The position numbers were made by a program, and so were the translations under genes. A stretch of 64,000 nt of DNA, taken from assembly GCA_051294375.1 (NCBI GenBank), contig CM119267.1:18555972-18619971 (forward strand), in the 5' to 3' direction. The notes beneath the pieces are model-generated. The model did not search any database. It was given only the letters and a program-made list of their open reading frames with translations, and was not told the origin of the DNA. This document shows, in pieces, positions 44,783 through 59,833 of this stretch; position 1 is the stretch's first letter, and every line of letters starts with the position of its first letter. This stretch comes from Paraspadella gotoi. Its lineage: Eukaryota; Animalia; Chaetognatha.

Positions 44783-45331
44783 GTTGAGATTGCCACTCAT
44801 GGCCTAAATACTTTAATCAAACCGATTCAATTTTTTTCCCTTTTAAGATTGAAGTCTTTTCGCTAAATCGAAGTTAAAAAAAAAAGACAATTTTTTTGGT
44901 CAAATTTTGCAGGTAATTTTGGTACACAGAAATTGCGCTTATCTTTAATTTCACTGAAAACATTATCAAGTACTTTTTAAGGAAATATATTAATATTGTT
45001 CAACATTTGCACGCGCTCTCTCTCTCTCTCTGCTTCTCCCTCCCTCTCTATTTCATTCTATGTCGCGCGCGAGAAACTATTCGTCCACAATCGTACGACG
45101 TAATCTCACCTCGAATTACCATTCTCAGCCGCTCCGCCGAGCGCTCACTCACAGAGGCATTACCAATGGATCGCTCTCATACGAGAAAATATTTATTACT
45201 TTCCTTTACTTTACTTTTAGGAGATGTTGTGTATTGTGTATGACACATGATGCAATCTTCGTATAATTCATTTTAATCTCCTTCTCTCTCTCTTCTTCTC
45301 TCTCCTCTCTCTCTCTCTCTCTTCTCTCTCT

Positions 45332-45393
<62 letters not shown>

Positions 45394-46304
45394 ACGAGGG
45401 GCGATTTCTCGTGATCGATCTCGACCCAAATCACGCGAGTAGGAAATGTGTGAGGATTTCATCGTTGTCGTTGTTGTCATTCCGGTCGGCTTCTGCTCAA
45501 TCAAAGAAACGAAAGTGACGATCGAGTTGTCACTTTTTGGTTCGTCAGACTCGTCAGAAGTACGTCGTCATTTTTCGTTATTGTGGACGTTATTTGGGCA
45601 ACTAATCGTTACAATAGTTTTACCATAGCACGCAATTTAATTTTATACGACGATATTAAAACAGTTGATGAAGATTAATATAGAATTTATGAAGAAGCCA
45701 AAAAGTACTCTTGGTGTACTCTTGATTTACTGTCATTTACTCGTAGGTAGTATAAAGAGTAGTGTTTTTCGTTTTACCAATTCCTTACAATTCGCCGACT
45801 CACCAAACAATAAAAAAAAAACCATTATTATTATTATTATTATTATTCCAAGTATAACCTTTCTCTACCGTCAATCCTCTAGAATTTCTCTTTTCTCCTG
45901 TCCAAAGAAATCAGATCGACTTTCCTCTTTCCTAATCATTCGTCACCGGAGATGATACATTTTCTAGGCTTCCTCTCTCTCTCTCTCCCTGTCTCTCATC
46001 CTTTTCGTCTCTGTCTCCCTTCGGCTCTTCGCTCTCCGTCTGACTCCATTTTTTTTAATTTCCCCTTTCCTTCTGTTTTTCCGTTTTTTATCGAGCCTTG
46101 ACCGGCGAAGCCGGGTCAGGCNNNNNNNNNNNNNNNNNNNNNNNNNCCAATGATCAGGATCGTCTTCAGTCTTTTAGAGTAAAAAATAAAAACGAGATTA
46201 CTCAGATCTCAAAACTCGCATTAATCCCTTCTGCTCTCCTTCCTTCGCTCCAATGACCATAAAAACAATATCAAGTAAGTATTGTCCTCTCGTCTCTCTC
46301 TCCT

Positions 46305-46360
<56 letters not shown>

Positions 46361-46945
46361 CTTTCTTCTTCCTTCTCTCTTTCTCTCTCTCGAATGGTTG
46401 AATTGCCACTCATGGGCCTAAATACTTTAATTCAAACGATTCAATGTTTTTTCCCTTTTAAGATTGAAGTCTTTTCGCGCTAAATTCGAAGTTAAAAAAA
46501 AAGACAATTTTTTTTGGTCAAATTTGCACGGTAATTTTGGTTACACAGAAATTGCGCATATCTTTAATTTCATGGAAACATTATCAAGTACATTTTTTTA
46601 AGGAATATATTAATATTGTTCAACATTTGCAACGCGCTCTCTCTCTCTCTATCTGCTTCTCCCTCCCTCTCATATTTCATTCTATGTCGCGCGCGCGAGA
46701 AACTATTCGTCACAATCGTCTACGACGTAATCTCACCTCGAATTACCTTCTCAGCCGCTCCGCCGAGCGCTTCACTCACAGAGGCATTACCAATGGATCA
46801 GCTCTTAACGAGAAAATATTTATTACTTTCTTTACTTTACTTTAGATGTTGTGTATTGTGAATTGTGATATGACACATGATGCACTCTTCGTATACTTCT
46901 TATCTCTCTCTTCTCTCTTCTCTCTCTCTCTCCTCTCTCTCTTCT

Positions 46946-46993
<48 letters not shown>

Positions 46994-49457
46994 ATCTTCT
47001 TCTCTTCTCTTTAACGAGGGGCGATTTCTCGTGATCGATCTCGACCCAAATCACGCGAGTAGGAAATGTAATTGTGAGGATTTCATCGTTGTCGTTGTTG
47101 TCATTCCCGTCGGCTTCTGTCAATCAAGAAACGAAAGTGGACGATCGAGTTGTCACTTTTTGGTTCGATCAGACTCGTTCAGAAGTACGTCGTCATTTTT
47201 GTTATTGTGGACGTTATTTGGGCAACTAATCGTTTACAATAGTTTTACCATAGCTACGCAATTTAATTTTATCACCGATATTAAAACATTTAAAGGAATT
47301 AATATAGAATTTTATGAAAGAAGGCCAAAAGTAACTCTTGGTGTAAATCATGATTTTACTGGTGAGATTAATTCAATTTGAAAGCTTCTCGTAGGTAAGT
47401 ATAAAGAGTTAAACCACTGTAGTGTTTTATTCCGTTTTACAATTCCTTAACATTCGCGATTTCAACCAAACAATAAAAAAAAACATTATTATTATTTATT
47501 TTATTTTTGTTTTACAGATTTTAGTTTCAAAAACGAAAGTCATGTATATTTTGGTGAAAGTTGCAAACTAATTCCAAATCGACTTATACTTGTTCTTGAT
47601 GGTAATATTGTTGAGCCAAGCAAAGAATTGGTATCTTTTTTTTTAGATCAAAGTTAACCTTTTTGATAAATGCCTTGTTACAAACTTCAGCCAGAATTTT
47701 GATGAAATTGGTTTATTATACTAACTGTAAGTTATCGGCTTCCTTTATGGTTGTGAAGTAACTTTTTCCAGTACGTAATATGAAAGTATCTTGTATTGTT
47801 GCTTGTTATTATTATGATGGTAGTTTTATGTCGAAAGTATTTTTTGATCACCTAATCGATGGGAAAGTGTGTAGAGACTTTAGGAGATATGTTGGATATC
47901 ACGAACGCTATCTACAATTTTCTTAATAATCGTCAATGAAACACATTTTCTCTCAATGATATATCACTCGAAACAATACTCGTTCTTCGAAACTTGTTCC
48001 GTTTTTTTACAACATAGTACTAATTTTTAATTGTTTATAGATTATTAATTAATTAATTTTATTTAATTAACTGTTTTTTTTCTCCTCTACTTTTATATAT
48101 TTTTTTTTTGGCTTAGACTTATGTCTATGTATTGTTAGCTTTGTTGTATCTTGAATCAACCTTCGGTTGGTAATCGATCATACAATATCCGCTATATATA
48201 TCATTATAATTCTATCTTTTTTTCTCAAGTTTCTTATACAGCCTTTCTTACTCGCTCAATGCTTCCTCTAGGAATTTTTCTTTCTTTTCTCCCCTTGTCC
48301 AAGAATATCAAGATCGTACTTTCTCATCGGTTTCCTACCTCATCATTTCGTCAAGCGGCGAGATGTATTAACATTTTTTCTAGGCTCCTTCTCTTCTGTC
48401 TCTCTCTTTTCTCGTCTCTCTTGTCTCCATCGCATCTTTCTTTCTCGCTCTTCTATGTTCTCTAATCGCTCTTCCGCTCTCCTCTGTATTTTTTCTTTTT
48501 ATTCTTTCCTTCGTTTCTTTCTCAATTTTTCTCGATTTTCATTTTTCTCAAGTATATATTTACTTTTTTTTTCTTACGTAATTTTTTTTTTATAGTTATT
48601 ATCGACACAGTGGAGAAAGGTTTTTATTAAAACAAGTATGAGTTTTCCTTTTAAAAAAAGTTATGAAGAATTGTTGGCTATTATCCTTTCCGTTTTCGTT
48701 GGCTAACAATTAGTAAGCAGTTTGAAATTAAATTTTCAATTTACAATTAATATCCGCTTGCTTGAAACATTAATTTCAGAACCTCTTCTAAAATAGAAGT
48801 TTTAAATATCTATATGAATGACACGAAAACAAATATATGATGTTTTTTTGTTTTGTTTTAGGGGAAACCAGACAAACGGCCACATGAAATAAATGAAAAA
48901 CGCGCCAAAACCATACCTAGTACGCATTTTTGATATTTGAAAATATTAGTCATTTGAAAGTTTAAACAAAACAACAACATTAATGTAAATTAGAGACCGG
49001 ACACGGACAGTCGGTCAAGGTACGCATATAACCGGACAACTTTTTCATGCGAACTGACCCGTTTGATTCCGCTGGTTGAATGGCAGGTCCTCGTTCTTGC
49101 AGGAGCCGCGTCGCAGCGTCGACGGGGCGGCGTCAGCGGCGTCGTTGTCCAAGGCGACACCTGGCGCCAGATGGAGACGGAAAGGGGAAGATGGGAAAGA
49201 AAGATAGAGAGGGAAGGAAGGGGCGGAAGTGAGAAGAAATAAAGATAGCAAGAAATAGAGAGACAGTGAACAGGAGAGAATAAGACGGAAACGGAGGAGA
49301 AAGAAAGAGTTTAAATTTTGAGTTAACGAAATTAATTAATAAAAAAGTTGCGACGTTTCACTATTAAAAAAAATTTAATTTTGAAGAAAAAAAAAGTAGA
49401 ATCAATATGACTGCATTTTCCATCGAGCGAAAAAAAAAAATCTGACCGGATTCAAAA

Positions 49458-49548
<91 letters not shown>

Positions 49549-49739
49549 GTGCGAACGCAACTTTTCGTTGGCGACGCGACAGAGACAGAGATGGAGCTGT
49601 CTCTCTCTTGTTTCGCGTTGGGGAATCGGCTATGATTAGTTAAAAGAAAGAAGTCAAAATATTGAACATGTATTAACAGATAAGTGCAGAGTGGCGGTTT
49701 TAGGGAGAAAAAGAGGAGAGAGATGAGAGAGAGAGAGAA

Positions 49740-49772
<33 letters not shown>

Positions 49773-50888
49773 CAGAGAGAGAGATGAGAGAGAGAGAGAG
49801 AGAGAGAGATATGATCGAATGTCTTGTATTACCTCCGAAAACGATTGCAGTCACGATAAACTGACTGGAGAGATCAAATGCGAAATCAAAATATAAGCAA
49901 CGACGAATTTCTCTTTTTTTCCAAATTGGAAGGCAATTTCGTTGTAGCAAAAAAGTAGGAGCTATTTTTCCTTTCTTTACATGGTGTGTTTAAGAAATAG
50001 CAATGTACAGTATTTACTTTTGAAAGCATACTGCATGTTTTTTTTTACAGTAATAGCGATAAGTAATAGTGATAAGCCCTATCGATTATGGATTGTATAA
50101 TTGACAGTAAAGTTTTCTTTCTTTGTTATACGACAATGTGGTCAACTGGTCATCATCAACTTTTTATCAGAATCAGAATCAGTTAGAATAATCCTTATCA
50201 AAAACTTCTTATAACTAAATCGAGATAAATAATCAACATGAATATCGTAGTACTAACAAACTCTTTCCATTTCGAGTAATTAGCAAAACATAGATTGACA
50301 AATGACAACCGAACCAGGAAAAAAAAAGGCAAATCTCGCAGCAATCGAATCAGCGCCAAAACAAGGTGGTTTTTTTTTCTCCACAAAAACCGCGAGAGAA
50401 TTTCGCGCGATAAAAAAAACGATTTAAAAGTAAACAATACCTGGGGCCAAAATCAATTGGCTCGAAGGTTGCGCCTGAAGAGCCTGTTTCGCGGCTTGCT
50501 GCTGCTGTTGCTGCTCATCTTGTTGTTGCAAGAAATACTGCGTCTGGATTTGTTGTTGCATCTGCTGATGAATCGCGTTTTGCGCGTGGTCGCCCACCGG
50601 CTCTTTCGGCTGTTGTTGTTGTTGTTGGTGCTGCTGGATTTGTTGTAAATGCTGCTGCTGAATTTGCTGCAACTGCTGATGCTTGATCTGTTGCAACTGC
50701 TGTTGCTGGATTTGTTGTTGAATCTGTTGTTGCTGTATCTGCTGAAGTTGCTCCTGCTGCAATTGCTGGAGCTGCTGCTTCTGAATTTGCTTCACCTCCT
50801 GCTGCAGCTCTTTCTGCAGTTCTTGCTGCAGTTCCTGCTGAGTTTTGTTCCTCAGCCTGGCGACGACGGGCGACGAATGCGAATCCAT
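44023..50888 (-). CDS. Gln-rich low-complexity exons: either a separate gene or the 5' part of the type II membrane-protein gene
   Basis: Exons 50441-50888 (MDSHSSP..poly-Q..LILAP), 49059-49160, 44264-44384 and 44023-44221 join in frame (phases 1,1,2). The phase-2 donor at 44263 is also compatible with the acceptor at 39401. Confidence 0.58.
44644..48500. repeat. Tandem duplicate block (44644-~46060 vs 46204-~48500) across an N-gap, probably uncollapsed haplotypes or noisy gap fill
   Basis: Colinear near-identity in which differences are dominated by 1-bp indels; gap at 46122-46146. Confidence 0.85.
47510..48050 (+). mobile_element. Decayed non-LTR retrotransposon RT C-terminal fragment
   Basis: SKTKVMYI..LVLDGNIVEPSKEL..(LDQ.LTF) resembles LINE RT subdomains 6-7; many stops and indels. 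Confidence 0.5.
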
Positions 50889-51464
50889 GAAATTTGGACG
50901 AAAACAAAAGAGAAGAAGTCGAACTGTGACGAGGAAGAGGATAAACTAATTAGAAACATTGCTTAATTAGGAATTAAAAATTATCAATAAATAAAAAAAG
51001 GGAATGATATTTTATATTTACAAGAATAAATGACGAATAAAAACTTTTTACATGAAAGCTTAATTGAACTGCGGATCGTAATTACAAGCTTAATCTCCAC
51101 TCTGTAGGAATTTAACCATTCGATGAAAGTCGTGGCCATAAATGATCAGAAAAATACCCGGTCAAATCACCTGTGCTCTTTTTAATATTTACAATCGTTC
51201 GTTCGATTTACAATTTGCACTATTATAGTATAAATTAAAGGAATGAAATTGACAAAGAAAAATCATAAAAAATATAATCTCGTATCTGAATTATAATTTA
51301 TATCTATAAGCTATAGCCTACCAAAGATAAAGATTACTTACGGTACTAACAGTAAACTGTAAAGTTACATATTGGTAATTTTAATTTAAAAAAAAAAATT
51401 TACTAATGACGTGAACACGCATATTATAACCGATTGTAAAAGTTAGAGCGTCGAAAATAAAATG

Positions 51465-51504
<40 letters not shown>

Positions 51505-53629
51505 TTTTGACGAGATCCAAGATACGAAGAGACGACTCAACTTTTTCTTCTCTCGCGCAAAACGAGGATTTAAGTTGAGAGTCACGTGACCTCGCGTCGT
51601 TTCCGGCGGAGATTCGCGTCGGAGCGCAGAGTCGGGAGAGTGAGAGAAGAGAGAAGAAGTGAGAGAGAGAAGGAGAGAAAAACTAGGGAAGAGAGAGGGA
51701 ATGAGAGAGACGAGTGAGAGAAGGAAAGAAGGGCAAGGGAGAGTGAAGGAAAGAAAGAGAAAAGAGAAAAAAAGAAAACAGGAATTACGTAAGCAAGGAA
51801 GAAAGAGAAGGGAAAACAAATAGAGAGATTACTAAATATTATGAGAAAACAAAACTATATTAAAAAAAAAAGATCGGAAGAAGTGGAGAAAAAACTTCAT
51901 TTTTTTGCATTCATATCATATGAATATCGAAAAAGCAATGAACGAATACGTTCGACCCCACCCCCCAAACAGCTTAAAACCTTACCAATCGCCCTAAAGC
52001 CTCTTTGCCCCCCTTGAAAAAACCGAAGCGAGGTTAATACGCAAAATAATTCCGGAAGTAAGGGATCCGTTTTACGACGTTCTGCTGGACAAAACTGAAG
52101 ACTGTCCGTGTGTGGGGAAAAAATTGTTTGAGGAAATATGAAAATAAATAGATGAGAGAGAGAGAGGAGAGAAGAGAGGAGAGAGAGGAGAGAGAGAGAG
52201 AAGAGAGAGAGGAGAGAGAGAGAGAGAGAGAGAGAATGATAGATTTATTTTCTTCTTTTTTTTTTTTTCCGATTCTTTTTTATTTCTTCTCGTCTGAGAT
52301 TCGTCCTTAAGCGGACGACGAGTTGGACGACGACGACGACGACGACGGAGGCAACGAGGAGACGCAAAGACAATTTTCCGCCGAACGCACGACACAAATT
52401 TGGGGGTTGGAGTGGGAAAGAAGAAAGGGGTGATGGGGTGAAAGGGTGAAAGGGTAGAAAGGTCAAAAAGAGTGAATGGCGAGGTACGGTACGTCGAAGA
52501 TTAAGAGAGTTCGGAAACAGGCTTTTTTACCGTATTTTAAATTAAGATGGTTGATAAAGTATTTCACCGTAATTTAAATTTAGGTATTATTTATTTATTT
52601 ATTTAAATAAAGTATTCAATAAAATCGTGGCCGGATCAAGTTAACTTTTTAAACTGTTCATTTTTACTTGAAAGATACAGTGCAAGAAACTGAAAATATA
52701 GTATACAATAAAAAATAAAATACCAAATTTACTTATCTTACCTGTTCAAACGATTAACGAATGAATTTCTTCAAAATACCTGTTGATTTCCAACTAGATT
52801 TCCAATAGATTACAACATGAATATGATTTTTCAATATGCAAATGAGTTTTTTTTCCTCATGATCCTCGTCACGACTCCACGAAGACAACGTCGGCGACGG
52901 GAAGGAGACGTAAACCCGATTTGACAGATCCGGCCATAAAACGTGGACGATGACGACCAAAACGACGAAGACCATGACATTTATGACATAAACAAACAAT
53001 CGACAAACATAAGAAATACGCACATGCAAAAAAAACTAAGAACAATTGTATAGAGAACAAGAGAAAAAAGATTAAAGAAAAACAAAGATTCGACAAGTTA
53101 CAAAAATGAGAAAGGTGGTTCATTCTCGATGAATATTATCGTAATAATAAATAAACTTTAGGCTGTAAAAGAGTGAAATATACTAATAACAATTGTTTAG
53201 AAAAGTCTATTTTTCTATGACGAAGAAAGTAAATGAACCATTGTTATATCCCCATGTATATTTTCTAGGAACAATGTAAATTTATTTACAACATAGAATG
53301 ATCTGAATACAATGGTTAAAAAAAAAGCTAAAAAAAGTGTTAGTCGAACCCTCGACGTACAGCACCACGGTTCTCCACCGCTAACAAAACCGCCACGGAG
53401 CCTCCCTTCCCTAACTGCTCCCGCGGAAGGAAAGAACAACAGAATCCTTCTCTACTAGAGGTTTTTATTTATTTTTCTTTATGCGAATCCGCGGTGCCTG
53501 ATCTTCATAATCCGACGAGAAGGACCTCTGGACCTCAACGCGGACAATAAAACGTTGATTAAAGAAACTCTAAGCCGATGGCGGCGGGGGCGGCGAAGGC
53601 GGCCGTCGGCGGGAGGGCATACCTGGGAG

Positions 53630-53684
<55 letters not shown>

Positions 53685-55501
53685 AGAGAGACGAGAGAAG
53701 AGAGAGAGAGAGAGAGAACCCGGGTGGGTTTTCATTTCAAATTCTGCGAGAGAATCAGAGCCAAGGAAAAACAGTCGTGTCTATTTTTAGCCGAAAGAGG
53801 AAGACGGAAAACAAAAGTTGTTTTTCGTAGAAAAGGAAAGAAAGTGTAACTAATAGATTTGAATGTAAATGCTTGCAATGCATTGCTTGTAAATAGAAAC
53901 TCAATGAGATAGAAGAGAAAAGAGAAGAGAAAGAGAAGGAACAAGTTGTCAACAGATGCAAATTAAAGAGAAGAATTCTGACTAAGCTGATTAATTTTTC
54001 GGGTGAAATTAAGACATAGAAATTATAATTAACTCAACACAATTAAAGAAATAATAGGGTGTTTGGGCAGTATATAACGCCACAAAGAGAACCGCCAAGA
54101 GCGCCGTCCGGTGACGCAAGCCTCGAATACTCATCGATTTTCGGCTCAAAATCGAAGATCATCTTCAAAATCATTATCGTCGTTCCGAGGTTTAATCGCA
54201 GCCGCTTTGTTTAAAATTGATTTGTTGTTATGTAAAGGAACAATCTGTAAAGAGACGCGTCAGTCTCGGGAGACCTTCTATGTCTAATTAAAAACAAGAT
54301 ATATAACAAGAAATTATATAACTGGACATTAGCTTCGGTCAAAAATCCCAAGAGGATTGAGGAGAAAGAGGATTTCAACGTCATCGCTTTAATATTTTCT
54401 TCTCCGAAGATTAAGTCCCTCGACTGGCGAAAACAAATAATCCTTCCGTCGACGATTGCTTTCTCAAGCTTGTAATACAGCTTGGCATTTTATTTTTGAT
54501 TGGCTTGATGTATTTTACGTATTAGTGATGTCCTCAGACCTTAATCCTACCGCTCTATCATATCTACTTCCACTAGACGTCGAAGGATTTCGTATGTTTG
54601 AGGCACATTGCTCCAGGGTTTTTCTCTATAGGGTGATTCCGTTACCCGAATGCTTCATCAAACGCGAAGAAAGCCACATACACAAAGTAGTTATCATTTA
54701 TTTTCATCGGGGAGTAGTAAAAGAAGTCCAACTGTAAAGAGTTCGAGGTAAACTTTTTTTTTTTCAATAAAATGGCCGGGTTATTTGGGTTTTTCTTTCC
54801 GTAACATATTATATACTTCTATTATAATTATTATCATTCTATTATAACTAAGACTGATTTTGTAATAAAAGTACGGTATAACTGTACGTAATCCTAGTAT
54901 TTTTCTCTTTTGGCTGATAAGGAATTTCAAAAGTAAACGAATTTTATTAGAAAAATTATTTGCATTTTAAAAGTAAAAAACTAACTGTAGTTGTAATTGT
55001 AATTATAATTAACTGCAATTTTAAATTCTGTTTTGGATGCTTACTTTCTGACTTGGTTTTCTTTTGAATTTATATTTTCAGAATATTTAAAAAAAAATAA
55101 ATTTTTTAAGTAGTAACCATTGGAACATTTGACATCTTAAAAAAACTTTATCAGTTGCATGAATTAAAGTTGATTTTATGTAAGTACAATTATTTTCAAG
55201 ACTTAGTTTAAATCAGTATAACTGCAATTGTTAAATCCATCAGAAAAATCCTCTACAAAATGATGAAATCTTCCAGCACCAACATATAGTGATTGAATAG
55301 TAATAGCATATTGATTAATCCAGTGATGTAGTGCATATACCAAAACCCAGCCTTTTCTAAAATGGTGAAATTAATAGACTAAAACAAAAAAAATAGCAAC
55401 ATCATGACAGATGAATGAAAATTGTTATGTTCGCAGAAAAAAAATGTAAGCTGACCAAATAAAAGATTTATATAAAAAACTGAATTTTAATTTATGTTGA
55501 T

Positions 55502-57773
55502 TCAGGGGAACAACAAAAGACATTCAACCCCATACTGCCGTTTTAAGTTTTCGAATTTCCGTTTTAAGGCGAACAACTCCGTATCATACTCGGTTATTTC
55601 TTCCACTAACCGATTTTTTTCCGATTCCAAATCTTTAACCGTCACTGAGTGTTCATTTATCTTTTTCGATTTGCGCTCTCGACAGATCTGTGCAGCGCCT
55701 GAATAAAAAAACCACAGCCGATCAAGACAAGCGAATCATTATCAAAAATCAACAAGGTTCAATCCATAGAGCCAAAATAATCAATTTTTTTCCCTCTTTT
55801 ATTTTAGGTTTAGATATTTTGCAACTGAGGCGACACAACACACATTTTTTTCCTACCATTTAAAAGCTTATTAATAAAAATCTGACAAAGTGTATGGGTG
55901 CAAGCATCCTTTGCCTCACGTTTATTCTGTCTTCTACGGCGGAGTTCCTTCAAGATCAGCTGATGTTCCCGCGGCAAACGGGACAGAACGTAGTTGAACT
56001 CTTCGATGCCAAGCAAGGCGATCTTCTCGTCGCTAAGATTTTTCTCCTGAAGAAAAATCGAAAAAAAAAACCCATCGAAGTCTATCCACAGTCAAAGGAA
56101 AAATAGCTTATTAATAGAGTACTGTTTTTGTACGGATGGCACCAATATCTTAATGAAAGAAAATTCTTGGTCCGAAAAAAAATATCAGTTGCCCACTGAG
56201 CTCAACTTAGCCAGCCTCCGTTTAAAATCGTCAACCAAACCTTTGGCTTCTTCTTCCTCTTGGTGTACTCTCTCTTCGCTGCGACCGCTTCCAACTTTTT
56301 CTCATCTTCCATTTCGTCGAATTCTTCGCAAACTGTCGGGATGAACTCGTCTTTGATGGCCGGTTGCGGCGTCGGCTGCAACGGCTGCTGTGGCTGCAGC
56401 GGGATCAGCGGCTGGGGCGACGGTTTCGTCACCAGCTTGGCCATCAACTCCTCGAGGCTTTCGCATTCGATCGGGTCGTCCACGGGTTTTGTCGGCTCAA
56501 TGGCGGCGACGGAAAAGATTGTGGCCCGAGCGGCGGCGACGACTTGACTTCGTTGTGCGTCTCGAAGGCGAAACCGACCTTGGGGGGGGGAAGGGGACAG
56601 AGGGGGGGGAGTTGACCCGATTTCCCAACCATGAAAGCGTCAGCTATCTCGACCAAAACCACTGAGGTCTTTGCATTGTATAGTATATGTGCAGATTGGG
56701 TCCGGGAGAATTTTGCCGTCAGTCGACTTGCTTTCAGGAACTTCGGATCCGGCGGCTGGTTTGCTACAGGTTTAACCAACCCGTGACTCTTTATAAAGGA
56801 CCGTTTCAACCGGGGCTGGAACTCGTTCGGAGATGAAGCGCCGATGGAAGGTACAGCCGTCACTAATTGACATCCTAATCAGCTTCTAAATCGGCCCGGC
56901 CAAACTCGAAAATTCCCAACGAACAAAATAAATTTCATTTAACACCTAGCGGTAAAAAAGAAAAGAAAACAACAACAACAACAACCTCCGGGAAGAGCAT
57001 CTCGGGGGCGACGCTTGATTCCACGACCGGATCGCGGAGGAGATGATCCTCGAACAACGGGACGCCGGAATTGGTGGTCGTCCCCGTCACCATCACGACG
57101 GTCGGCGTGACAAGTTTCGTAGGTTCCGTCCAGGCGTGGTTCCCGAAAGAATCGATCCAGTCGTTGGCTAAGGTATCGAAGTCGCTTGGTGACGGGACAG
57201 CCAGGGACGATTCCAGCGCCGTCTCCACGACGGGCTTCTTGAAGACTCCGCTCCATTCGTCGTACTGTTTACTTTGTTCTGCGGGAAACGAAAAGGGAAC
57301 GATGATAACGACAATCACAGAAAAAAAACAAATTACAACGCAACGATGATGTTAGATATTATTGTTCTCGAACTGCTAATCTATTTCGATCCGATTGACG
57401 TGACGTTCGTTACGATCCCGTCGACCTTACCCTCGAACTCTGCTCGTCTCAACTCTTGGATGATCGACTTTATCTTCTTTTCTCTCTCCTCGTCCCAGCA
57501 TTCCTCCCAATCGAGAAATCCATTCTGTTGAGAAAAAGATTTTGGAGAGTACCTTTACGTTCGAGCTCACCCTTCCGAACGCACCTGCAGGTTCCCCTTG
57601 TCCAGATATTTGGGGCTCTGCCCTTCCTGGACGGGAAACGTGAGTCCCTTCCCGTCGTAGATGTTGGGGACGTCGACGGCGTCTTCCTCGCAAGGCATAG
57701 GAATAGCATCTTGGGAGATCTTGTAGCGCCCCAAATGGACGGGGGCGGGGGGCGCTAAGTAGGGACGCGGCAT
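55502..57773 (-). CDS. bZIP transcription factor of the CNC/Maf superfamily
   Basis: Exons 57585-57773, 57431-57524, 56986-57278, an ambiguous middle, ~56241-56578, 55920-56046 and 55502-55698. Basic region LSDEKIALLGIEEFNYVLSRLPREHQLILKELRRRRQNKRAAQICRERK, followed by a zipper with H-L-L-Y-L-L at 7-residue spacing. Confidence 0.85.
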
Positions 57774-59684
57774 GGCGGCGTCGTTTCAACGGGAATGAAG
57801 ATTAAAAACGGTGCGGCGCCGGCGGACGTCTATGGAGCCAATGAATTAGCCTCCAGGGCCCCGAGTTTTTTCGAAACGCGTGAGACGAGAAGGTTGCGCA
57901 ATCTTGGTTTTTTATACATTTGTTTTTGATTTTTTTTTTGCTTTTGAAAAATGGAAAAGCCTCGTCCCAGGCCTCTGTGTGAAATGAAAACCTTATTTTA
58001 CATTTATTATGAATAGGAATTTGAGTATACTTATAACTTAATCATGAGGAACTTCGTTGTGGTGTTGGTTTTGAACTGAGTTTGGTTAGAATTTAACAGA
58101 GAACTATTTTTTTTTTGAAAATGAATTTCTTTTTGTTCCAGATAAATGAACAATATAAATAAATAATATATTGGTTGTACCAATTTCATAACGAAAATGT
58201 ACAGATGAGTCAAATTGTTAAGAAGCAACCCGACAACTACGCACTTATGTTTACTCTTATTTAGTATTAGTATTACTTTCGCCGAGGAACAAAACCAGGT
58301 TTTTTTTGGTTTTTTTTAAATAATGCTGAGTCAGAAATAATTTCTTTTTAAGACGAGGGTAAAAATAATCAAGAATTTGAGAAGACACTGAAACGTCTCG
58401 AATCCCGGATTTCACGCTCTCGATCGAACCAAACCATTAAAAACATGAAGACAAGTTTCTTTGTCATGAATTAAATATCTAGCATTAACGAGCGATTACA
58501 TTTTTGGCTGCAATCATTGTTAACTTTGGGGATTCCCCAGAAATTGACTTGCATTTTGTTTACCGTCTTCGCGAAAGCATGCGCCCTCTCTAGGCAAGAC
58601 CCCGAATTCACAAGTAAACATAAGACGTGACTTTTAGTTGTGCTTGCATTTCTGGTAGTTTTAACGTTAAGCGAGCCAGTGTTTATAAGCTTAAGTCCTT
58701 TGAGTTAGATTTTAGTCTTAAAAAACGAAATGTATCAAAATAAATGATAAACTCTTCAAAAATATCTCATCCAAAAGGATTACCTATTTTTTCCCAATAT
58801 TGTCGCGTCATCATTTCTTTTTTTTCGTAATTTTTACATTTTTCTCGGGATTTTTATCTGTGCTTCTATAAACTATGGCTAGTACATATATAATTGTATA
58901 TAAGTTATATCGTTTTTTTCTCATCCTCGTTTTCTCTCTTTCTTCCCATTTATCGATTCTTAAAGCGTCTGTTGAACTCCGTCCTTCATGCACGTATAAA
59001 CCTTAGATCGATTTAATTAACAGAAAAAACCCTTTCGGGAAACTACTTGGAACCATCAGGGGAGACTTTCTTACATGCCCTAGAGTGGTTTTAAAGTTTT
59101 TTTCCAAAGCACGTTTTTGAGAAGATTTAATTTAAAAAAAAAATTGAAGAAAAATTCTTTAAAAAAAATTCCTGTACAACTGTATTTAAAGCAACAAAAA
59201 AAAATTAGGTATTGATCCTGATGCATTTTTCAGATGAACCCATTTTCATCATTTTAAGATGATTCATTCACGAGATAATCGACTTACAATTAATATTTTT
59301 ATATTTCTTTATTATTTATTTCTTTTATAATCATTAATCATTTATTCTTATTCAGTCGCCGGTAGTACTACCATCATTCTCCTTCCCGATTCAAACCCCA
59401 AGATCGCCTCATCGAATTGGTGAATGCCATCGTTGCGCCGTGATAAAATCTTAGATGTCATGATTGGTTCGTTAGCGGAATGTTTCGCCGATAGATTTCT
59501 CTGGTCCGTAAAAGCTACTCTAGTTAGCAGTCTGAAAACTAAGGGACAAAAATAAATTGAATGCTACCCCATAATTATTTAAATATACGTATTTATCCTG
59601 TTTTTTATTATTTCTTTCCAGGCCCTTCTGTCTGTGTGTCTGTCTGAGTATCTCTCTCTCTCTCTCTCTTCTCTTCTCTTCTTC

Positions 59685-59734
<50 letters not shown>

Positions 59735-59833
59735 TCTCTCTCTCTCTCTTCTCTCTTATTTGATTAATTTATACATCTGTAGTCGGGCATTGCCTAGGTT
59801 CACCCCGCCTAGAATCATGACACTTTCAGTTGT

